This document shows positions 1-8,005 of a DNA stretch of 12,413 bases, piece after piece. The position numbers were made by a program, and so were the translations under genes. A model generated the notes under the pieces. That model had not been told where the DNA came from, searched no databases, and saw only the letters and a list, made by a program, of their open reading frames with translations. Source of the stretch: Rotaria sordida (Eukaryota). The DNA is taken from the NCBI GenBank assembly GCA_905250005.1, contig CAJNOH010000428.1, positions 50,509 through 62,921 on the forward strand. Reading direction: 5' to 3'. The stretch's first letter is position 1. Each line of letters begins with the position of its first letter.

Positions 1-44
1 GGGTGTGGGTGTGGGTGTGGGTGTGGGTGTGGGTGTGGGTGTGG
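1..44 (+). repeat. G-rich telomere-like array, (GGGTGT)7 + GG
   Basis: Seven exact GGGTGT hexamers at 1-42 followed by GG. This is a permutation of TGTGGG, the telomere-type repeat reported for bdelloid rotifers (recalled knowledge, not searched). Confidence 0.85.
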
Positions 45-60
45 ATGAAGAGAAGACTGA

Positions 61-165
61 CACCCACACCCACACCCACACCGACACCCACACCCACACG
101 CACCCACACCCACACCCACACCCACACCCACACCCACACCCACACCCACACCCACACCCACACCC
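61..165 (-). repeat. C-rich telomere-like array, (CACCCA)n, with two variant units
   Basis: About 17 units of CACCCA/CCCACA, with single-base variants at about 82-84 (ccgacaccc) and about 98-101 (acgcaccc). Complementary to the 1-44 array and in opposite orientation. Confidence 0.9.
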
Positions 166-170
166 TCACG

Positions 171-925
171 ACCATAGTTATTTGTACCCAAGCCATTTTC
201 AATCTGGACGATAGCTATTGTGCTTCGTACGATTTTTCGGGTGTGAAGGACGATGATTACAGCCCTTCATACTGCAAAGACTGTTTCATCCGTTCGTTCA
301 CCATTACGGTACTGTCTGCTGCAACTAAGATCCTTAATACCAAAATTATGACTCTTTTTAACAATGTTTTGATGCAGAGTAGATTACCATAATTACGGTT
401 CTTCGTGCCGTAATTATGGTCCTCTAGAGCAGAACTTTAACCTTTAGCAGCACATTTCTGATCTTACAGACCACAATTATGGTCCTTCATATCATTGTTT
501 TTGGTTTCTCGGAGCGCGATTGGGGTACTGACTTACTATTGCTTACGTTTCTAAGCACCACAATTATGCCTCTTTGTACCGTCGTTTTGTCCAAAGGACC
601 ATCATTATGTTCCTTCGTATTATATGAATGATCGTTTGGTTCGCGATTTTGACCCTCATAACCACAGCTATAGTCCGAAGGACCATGGTTCTGGTCCTTT
701 GTAGCATTCTTTCCGCCTAATGAATCACAATTATGGTCCTTCTCACCATTATTTTTGGTCCATTGGACCACTGTTATGGTTCTTTAGGCCATGAATATGG
801 CCTACTGGCGCAGAGTTCTGGGCCTATTTATCACAGTTGTGGTCGAAAGACTACAGTTTTCTTTGAAAGTACTACAGCTACGGTTCTTCACACCATAGTT
901 GTGGACCTTTGTAACGGAGTATTTG
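171..925. repeat. Subtelomeric-like degenerate dispersed/tandem repeat, core about ACCAYARTTATGGTCCTT
   Basis: At least ten recognisable copies, e.g. accataattacggttctt, cgtaattatggtcct, accacaattatggtccttc, accacaattatgcctct, accatcattatgttccttc, accatggttctggtccttt, atcacaattatggtccttc, accactgttatggttcttt, accatagttgtggaccttt. Confidence 0.7.
386..420. repeat. Perfect 13-bp inverted repeat with 9-nt loop
   Basis: ACCATAATTACGG (386-398), loop TTCTTCGTG, CCGTAATTATGGT (408-420), perfectly complementary. Confidence 0.9.
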
Positions 926-3113
926 TCCAAAGGATCATATGTTGCAGACAGACATAGGTGAATTTCCGTTACCAGATCCTAATCTTTCAGTCTAGAAAAA
1001 CAGCCTTAGGTCCTGACAAGTTGGTCGCATCTAACAATACGGTACTTATGAGGAATGGATCCCGGATACCTCCAAGTAGTTACCAGTAACTATCAGGTAC
1101 CTCCATAGCGCTTGGTAGAGGAATCTAGAGACGCCTGCGGTTCAAAAAGAATGGGTATTGGATGTACCTGGGCACTCACGAGTAAGGATTGCGTATCGAT
1201 GGGCAACGTAGGAAAGGGTATTAAAAGCTTCTAGGTACTTACAAATACCGAGCGTCCCTGGGATATTCGGAATTGAGTCCTAAATACCCTTAAAGTATTT
1301 AGTAAGACGTAAGTAGTAAAGTAATTTTTGGGTGTTTCTTGTGATTTTCTATTTTTCAAATTGCAGCAGGAAAAGAGATACGTTATTACAGAACATCTTC
1401 TTCATTTCTTTAAACATGTCCCAAAGAAATCCGAAGTACGAGAGGTTTTTTCAGATTTTCATTGGAAGGTGCAGTACAGAACCCCTTTTCTACGAAACCA
1501 AAAGAGAAGCATCTTGTGTATTCGCGGGAAGAATCCGTTAACGCTTCGTACAAAGCCTGGTTTTTTTAAAGTGTAGATGCCAAGTTTTCTCATTGTGTTA
1601 ACTGCAGTCTGCACGAGAATTTTGTCTAACGATTTCTTTGCGACATGCAGCGACGGTATGATTTGAACTCGAGTGTAAGTGTAAATGTATGATTAAGCGT
1701 GATACGTCGTCTCGATGCGAGTCATGTAAAGATTGTCGATCGATTCTAACCCTATTCAAATCATTTCCACACATGTAGTCACTCAGAGTTCACTACCTAA
1801 GCTTTTATCGCTGTTCTAATGGTTTAAATATGCCTGAAAGCAGAAGCTACCAGAAACTATTGACAGTTTTGTTAAGTTCGCATATAATATTGCACTCACT
1901 TTGAAGAGTGAAAACAACATTAAATGTGTTTACAAATTCCTATACAATATTTGACAAGCTAGAACACTCTTATTCTACCGTTTTTTCCTCTTCATTCTTT
2001 AACAGTTACTGAATGTACCAAAATCGGCGTCGTCCAGTATTGATTTCTCTTTTTCCTGTGTATAATATCTTTGTCTTAGTCTGTCTCGTGTATAAGACTA
2101 TGTTTAGTATAAAGTATATATTCTCTGGACATCTGAAGTAGCTAACAAATATTATTACTGACGTTAACGTCGATCCACTCGATCTAGTTCATCGTTTCCA
2201 TGGAATATGTTTTTGTATATGTTTTACCTTGTTAGTGTATATGGCTGTTAACAAATGTGAATTCATGGATATGAGGTAAGAGATTTTATCTTACAGTTAG
2301 AGAAAAATTTCTGTCGACATGTACAACTATATCTTTATTCGAAACGGCTACTTTATGAAATTATCTAGTGACTAAATGATGATACGCTTGATTTACATAG
2401 AAAAGAGTGCATGTGTCAAAAGTCGATGATGATAGCGTTGATGCCGAACCAAGATGAACATGTTTTGTCTAGTATAGTCGTCTCAAAGTATATACTAGAA
2501 TAGCAGCATTCATGTGCCTCCATTCGTAAAACCAATCATCTTATACGTTCCTCTGTCATATACCACTAGTGAAACTATTTATTAGATCATGTGCTTCTAT
2601 CCGTGTCAATACAAAGGATCAGGTAACGTATCGAAGATGTTATAAATATCTAAACATGGTTGATACGATCAAAATTTAATAATACTACACATAAATTAGG
2701 CTCCAATGAGTAATCGATGAGGTTGATGTAGTTTGAAATTTTCTAACCAGTGCTGCTGACGGATATCGAAAAATCAGAATGAATTTGTATTTATGTCTAA
2801 AATATTTTCAACTCTTTGATACTCGCTGTGTTATGTTGTTTCTATAGAAAGTTCGCATTTATTGTTATATTTTAAAAACTGTTTATGTGAATGGCGCACA
2901 TCTTTCATACACTGAAGTGTTTTTTTTAAATAGAAAACAAAATGCATCAACCATGTGAAAACAACGAAGCCATATTTCTTTGCAATTCATTTTTTAATGG
3001 CTGCCTCAATATTTATTTTCCCTGTGTGGGATTCCAAAAATAAGCATCATAGTTAAAAATGTATTGCGACTTCCTCAGAAAGAAAGTGGTTCTATGTAGC
3101 GTCTGGCTGAAGT

Positions 3114-3161
3114 TGTGAGTGTGAAGGGTGTGGGTATGGATGTGAGTGCGGGCAAGGGGGC
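3114..3161. repeat. Degenerate interstitial telomere-like G-rich sequence (left flank of hairpin)
   Basis: tgtgagtgtgaagggtgtgggtatgg, including gggtgtgggtatg at 3126-3138. Confidence 0.6.
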
Positions 3162-3292
3162 AAAAGCGAGACTCCTGTACTCAGGAGTACAGTTGGAATA
3201 CAGTTGTAGTACAGGTGGAATACAATTGCTGTACTCCAGCTGTACTCCAACTGTATTTTACCTGTGCTCCGGAGTACAGGAGTCTCGCTTTT
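3162..3292. repeat. 131-bp long hairpin / palindromic minisatellite, possible foldback element
   Basis: Perfect 21-bp terminal arms: AAAAGCGAGACTCCTGTACTC (3162-3182) and GAGTACAGGAGTCTCGCTTTT (3272-3292). The interior has four direct 11-bp units (3184-3227: ggagtacagtt, ggaatacagtt, gtagtacaggt, ggaatacaatt) and four inverted 11-bp units (3228-3271: gctgtactcca x2, actgtatttta, cctgtgctccg). Confidence 0.85.
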
Positions 3293-3298
3293 TCCTCT

Positions 3299-3333
3299 TG
3301 GGGTGTGGGTATGTGGGTCTCAGTGTGAGTGTG
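3299..3333. repeat. Degenerate interstitial telomere-like G-rich sequence (right flank of hairpin)
   Basis: ttggggtgtgggtatgtgggtctcagtgtgagtgtg. It repeats, in the same orientation, gggtgtgggtatg (3301-3313) and tgtgagtgtg (3324-3333) from the left flank. Confidence 0.6.
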
Positions 3334-3657
3334 GACAGAAGCGGGGGATATGGATAAAAACAAGATGCACACCCGAGTCTCGGTATGGAGAGAGCTAGAA
3401 TATCCGTCAGAGTGAATGGCGAAACTTTGCTCTGTTGTTTAACAGACTCACCTTGTTCGAGTATGTGTCGTCGTCGAATGCAAAATTCAATATGATTTCA
3501 ATGTTTCTTGCAGAGGAAGAACATACATTTTTCTCTCTTTCTCTCGTGCCTTCGCTAATCCTTTCTCTCTGTTAATTTCTTTCTCACCATCTGAATCTCG
3601 GCAAGGAATTGATCCTTTTTTGCAAATGCAGTGAGATGCTATAGGGGTATGATGGAA

Positions 3658-3752
3658 AAAGAAAGAAAAGAAAAACATAGAAAGGAAAAATATCGAAAAA
3701 AAATGTAGAAAAGAAATATATCGAAGAGAGAAATATCGAAAGGTGAAATGTC
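3658..3752. repeat. Purine-rich low-complexity tract with iterated aaatatcgaa motif
   Basis: gaaagaaaagaaaaacatagaaaggaaaaatatcgaaaaaaaatgtagaaaagaaatatatcgaagagagaaatatcgaaaggtgaaatgtcga. Confidence 0.6.
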
Positions 3753-3858
3753 GACGGATAATCATCGAATAGAAAAAGCTTTCAGCGCAATCCCTGCGGG
3801 ATTAAAAATGTGAAACACGATGGAGCTTTTTATATTGTGAATGAAGAAATTTGAATTT

Positions 3859-3945
3859 TCTCTGTCACGGTCTGTGATGGTCTTTGGAGCCCTTCTATCA
3901 CTGTCTGTGATGGGTATGGATTGTCTCTGTCACGATCTGTAGGGG
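3859..3945. repeat. Three-copy short degenerate repeat, tctRtcac-N5-gtga type
   Basis: tctgtcacggtctgtgatggt, ctatcactgtctgtgatgggt and tctgtcacgatctgtaggg. The first two carry small TCAC-N5-GTGA dyads. Confidence 0.55.
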
Positions 3946-4929
3946 GGAGCAAGGGGAGTAGGTCTAAAATTTCTATCCTATACACTTCAACACTCCTTTC
4001 AGATCGTGTGTCACAAGACATAACGTTCGTTAGAAATCTTAAACGAAAAAAACTTAAACAAAAAAATCGATTCACATCCTCTGACGAACAAACACAATCG
4101 TTAATAATAAACGAAGCCTTGTATTCAATAATGCATGTCTAGTCGTTAGAAAAATTCATTCACATGTTTTTTTTTGTTTTAAACATTCTTCAAATTAAGC
4201 CATGGGCAAAACAGGTCTTTGTGAAATCTTCTTTATGTATGTTTAGAAGAGGACGAAGAAGAAGAGAGTTAAAGAGAGCGTTGTTTCTATTGCGAAATCA
4301 ATGATATATATGTCAATATTCGGTCACGTGTTGCTTGAATACTCGACAAAAAAAATTAAAGAATCAATTAGATAAATTAGCGATTTAATTATCAATCTCA
4401 GATGTTCTACATACAATCAAATAAAAAAAAAACTTTTTCTTCTTTATAAATATGACTGATCAAATTAATAATATTGTTGATGAAAATTCGTACAATTTAT
4501 AATTTAATGAACAGTAATCTTACGACAACAAAAATATGACAATAATAATTATTTTTCTTTTTTCTGTTCTATATGATAAAAACAGTTAAAGACAAGGACA
4601 AATCGAAGTTAATGATTTTTAGCATTTCGAATTCAATAAATTTTCCTTATTAATAAAAAAATTTTGATAATTAATAATCGATAAATAAACTACACCATTG
4701 TAGAATCTTAGATAATTAAACAGTCGTGTTTTTCATAATGTAAGTTTGCAGCTTTGTTATTCTTAGGTTATGAATACCTGCTAGGATGTATTGAATTGAA
4801 GGTGACAAAGAATTTCCACAAACGAGCCACTAATTCAAACTCAACATTACATTAAGTTTCTGTAATTAGACTAGAATTGACGGGTATTAAAGATATAACC
4901 AACTATCAACGCAAGATGTCATACTGAAT

Positions 4930-5290
4930 TTCAGACTAGTCTGGTTCAGACAAAATATCATTTTTAATAAAACATGGTAGTCTTGACTGGTGCTCAGGAT
5001 CTTTCAAACTAGTCCAGACATGTATTTCAAAATTATTAGACTAGTCTAGTCCCGTCATTATATTTCCTCATAAGACACTGACTAATCCTGACGTTGACAT
5101 CAAATATTTAGGACTAGACTTGACTAGTCCCTAGAATATCTCAGACTAGTCCTGGCATATATTTCGGAAATATTAGACTAGTCCAGCCCTGCTAGTATGT
5201 CGCTTTTTAAAATACTGACCAGTTCTGACGGCTACATTCAGTATTTTAAACTAGTCAGGATGGATGTTGTGGACGTTTCGGACTAGACAT
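4930..5290. repeat. Degenerate repeat field built on the palindrome GACTAGTC
   Basis: CAGACTAGTCTG (4932-4943, a perfect 12-bp palindrome), aaactagtccag (5007), agactagtctagtccc (5038), ggactag...ctagtcc (5111-5130), agactagtcc (5143), agactagtccag (5175), aaactagtcagg (5249) and ggactagacatg (5280). A longer block is shared between 5019 (catgtatttcaaaattattagactagt) and 5156 (catatatttcggaaatattagactagt). Confidence 0.7.
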
Positions 5291-5437
5291 GTCGCCAATC
5301 CTCTCGTTTTTTTGCTTGCCTGGGAATATTGTATCTGGACTTTTTTTAAGATCGATATGAGAAGATAGCATGTCAGATTGACTTCTACATGAACAATTCA
5401 AAATCTTATACAATAGACCACTGGCACACCATATTCT

Positions 5438-6470
5438 ATGAATAACATGGATTCAAAAGTAGTTCTCGGCATTATTACATGGATCGCAGCGTCCTGATTT
5501 TTCTCAGCGAAAAAAATTTTCAAATAGGACGTCCCCCACAGGAAAAATCAGGACGCTGCGATCCGTGTTATTATGTTAATCACATTGTGCTTGGATGTTT
5601 TATTACCTATCGTAGTTCTCACTGTTATTCTTATTAATTACCGTCGATTGAAATTAAATATTGACGTGTTATTAACATGTAACACTTATGTATCTATATT
5701 AATGTCCTATCTCATATTGATTGAATGTTATGCTAGTACTCTATATGGTGATCTTTTCCCGTTTTCTAATGCCGATAGTGATTGGTTCGACATACGAGCT
5801 TATCTTCTATGCGTTTTTATGTATGCTGCATATGATTCATATGTACCCTCAAGCATTATTTAGATGCTTTCGAGTGATATTCTATAGACAAAAGAGTCTA
5901 CAAACGTTTCGCTTTTTTGTTTATGCCATTATTGCACAATGGTCAATAATGATCTTACTTGCACTTCCACAACTTATATTGAACTATATAGAATATCTAC
6001 CAAGTGAAGGAAATTGTCAGGTTTCTTTTCATAATACATCTGCATTTGTTTTACTGTTTGTAAGCGCTTTTTCGTTTCCGATCAGTACCACATTTTCAAT
6101 CTATATCTCTATCATTCGATTTACTCGTCGAACAAGCCATCTTCAACAGCAATGAATAAATTCAAACCAACGAGATATTATGGTTCTCAAACGAATACTC
6201 CTGATTCTCCTCATTATGAGTTTGTTTGGTGCGCCGGCAGTTATTATTCTTTTCATCTATTGGATTACGCAATATACAATATCATTTGCTTATTTTGTAC
6301 AATATTTCACTGCTTCCATGGATGTGGCACTTCAAACTGTCGTTTTGACATTTTCAACACCTCAAATACGAGCTCTGTTTACCCGAAATCCAAGAGAAAT
6401 CCATCCGATAGGGCCAACAGAAGCTAAAAGAACACAAATAGCTAACATTCCGAAAGAAACAAGTTTTTAA
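5438..6470 (+). pseudogene. Decayed rhodopsin-like seven-transmembrane receptor (GPCR), bdelloid orphan-receptor style
   Basis: Pieces, in order: frame-2 MNNMDSKVVLGII (5438-5476), the insertion, frame-2 MLITLCLDVLLPIVVLTVILINYRRLKLNIDVLLTC...SYV (from 5573), a 1-nt shift at 5846-5848, frame-0 QALFRCFRVIFYRQKSLQTFRFFVYAIIAQWSIMILLALPQLIL...RRTSHLQQQ, TGA at 6153-6155, then same-frame INSNQRDIMVLKRILLILLIMSLFGAPAVIILFIYW...FSTPQIRALFTRNPREIHP, ending 6470. The hydrophobic segment pattern and the NQRDIMVLKRI motif before a TM6-like segment fit the family. Confidence 0.75.
5478..5567. mobile_element. 90-bp foldback/MITE-like non-autonomous element with 26-bp terminal inverted repeats (one mismatch) and TTATTA target-site duplication
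   Basis: CATGGATCGCAGCGTCCTGATTTTTC (5478-5503) vs GAAAAATCAGGACGCTGCGATCCGTG (5542-5567). The inner 23 bp (5481-5503 / 5542-5564) are perfectly complementary. Flanking direct repeats TTATTA are at 5472-5477 and 5568-5573. Confidence 0.75.
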
Positions 6471-7025
6471 CACTAGCTTAACATGCTTGACTGTTATCTC
6501 ATTTAATGAATTTTTTTCAATATTGTGTTGTGATTTCATCGTTTTATGTCTTCGTACTATTTAAAAACAATTTTCAATGTATACATAATTTAGTCAATGC
6601 CTTTTTATCTTTTGTTCAGATCAGATTTGACATGAGGAATCTTATTTAGATTTAATATTACCCTAGGCTTAGCTTGAGACGTAAGACTAAAATATGAAAT
6701 TATTTATACTTTTCCGTAATTCTGAAATGAAATTATCTAGCCTCTGAAAGAGGAGAACACATATTGTATTCGTTGCAAATATTCTCAGCATTTTATCACG
6801 CAACAAAATAAGGTACGGATCGATGGAATGAAGCAGTTAAACGGTTATCTGATTTATTTTTTAATAATGACTGGAATGCTCTTGTTGATAAATATGGATT
6901 ATATAATGTAAGATAATGTTTAACTGAATTTTGATCTATCAAATTTCATAATTGATCGTATTAGTTTAATGTTTAATATTGAAACATATCTATTTACAGC
7001 ATTAACATTTCAATTTTCGTGATGC

Positions 7026-7051
7026 ATTTCGTATATATGCATATACGAAAT
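7026..7051. repeat. Perfect 11-bp inverted repeat with 4-nt loop
   Basis: ATTTCGTATAT (7026-7036), atgc, ATATACGAAAT (7041-7051). Confidence 0.75.
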
Positions 7052-7135
7052 TTTATCATATTATCGGCGGAAACAATTGTTTTACTGAATCATTAAATGT
7101 GTCATGCCAAATAAATTATTAAACTTTAGTTTTAG

Positions 7136-7632
7136 CTTTTTTACAAGAATAAAGATAAAACTGTAAATATAACAACAAAAAATACAACGCATACCATCGA
7201 TATATCGAAATTCGATCGTGGTTTTGTTGCAACAGCAGTTTGTGCTGCTTGTTTTATTCATTATAAACCTATTGATAATCAAGGTTTAAAAAAATGTTAT
7301 GAGCATTAAGACTATTTTATTATGATTGTGCAAGTAAAGTCGCTTTATATTTCAATCATTCTTGGTGGTATAATCAAAATATATACGGAGATTCATCAAC
7401 AATTGATTTATCATTAAGATTTATATATAATGAAAATTATAATACAATACATAATACAAATAATCATACGGAATCTGTTTTACTTGCATCTTTTATTTTT
7501 ACACCAGATTCAACATTATGGTCATCATCAACAATCGATCAAATAACTAATGAAACTCTATTGAATCTTGAACAAATTCATTCACTATCAGATATTCAAC
7601 AATTTTATCTACGAACTGTTGTTAAACATTGA
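7136..7632 (+). pseudogene. Unidentified protein-coding remnant, N-proximal pieces, with frameshift
   Basis: Start-less frames not in the ORF track. Frame 2, 7136-7309: ...KYNKDKT-type Lys/Thr-rich stretch then TIDISKFDRGFVATAVCAACFIHYKPIDNQGLKKCYEH*. Frame 1, 7303-7632: ALRLFYYDCASKVALYFNHSWWYNQNIYGDSSTIDLSLRFIYNENYNTIHNTNNHTESVLLASFIFTPDSTLWSSSTIDQITNETLLNLEQIHSLSDIQQFYLRTVVKH*. Amino-acid composition looks protein-like; the family is not recognised. Confidence 0.5.
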
Positions 7633-8005
7633 TGTGCTATTTAAGGGTTTTTTCGTATGAAGTCTGATTTGAATAGATTGTAGAGCTATAGGACGTAGAA
7701 ATTTGTAATTACTCTACTTTCTCCTCTACAGATCATTAGAGATATTATTGTTATACAGTTATAGACTGTACATCAACAGTGAAGTCTTGTTACATAAATA
7801 TATGAATACATTAGTGAAGGATTACGAAAGATACGAAATATATATCCGAACATAAATAGAATTCGATCCTTGTGATTAGCAGCACGATTTTTCACATTTG
7901 AATTGCATCCACAGATTTCTTTTTTTTAATTTTAATCTCATTCGAAGGTGTACTGATTCATTTTCACACGATGCCTATGCTTTATTTTTACTATACGAAG
8001 AATAA

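Noticed and set aside
3-392. ORFs 3..392 and 5..214 (MWVWVWVW...THTHTHTH)
   Set aside because: Pure translation of telomere-like hexamer arrays. Any frame of the repeat is open.
171-925. CRISPR-like array interpretation of the spaced dyad repeats
   Set aside because: Copies are too diverged, spacing is irregular, no cas-like genes are present, and the context is eukaryotic.
1328-1576. Overlapping ORFs 1328..1576 and 1332..1541
   Set aside because: Short, non-ATG starts, in two competing frames, with no recognisable domain. Could be an exon fragment, but unsupported.
3115-3372. ORFs 3115..3357, 3146..3328 and 3181..3372
   Set aside because: All lie across the palindromic minisatellite and G-rich flanks. 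The repetitive SCTPTVFYLCS / GVQ-type peptides are repeat artefacts.
3487-3765. Minus-strand ORF MIIRRHFTFRYFSLRYISFLHFF...
   Set aside because: Translation of a low-complexity purine/pyrimidine tract; the hydrophobic Phe/Ser composition is a consequence of TTC/TCT runs.
6152-6539. ORFs 6152..6427 (+) and 6354..6539 (-)
   Set aside because: They overlap the receptor's C-terminal part in other frames, and the 7TM-like reading in frame 0 explains the sequence better.
7082-7282. Minus-strand 66-aa ORF with Cys-rich NCCCNKTT...CCYIYSF
   Set aside because: Antisense to the plus-strand coding-like frame FDRGFVATAVCAACF, which has better protein-like composition.
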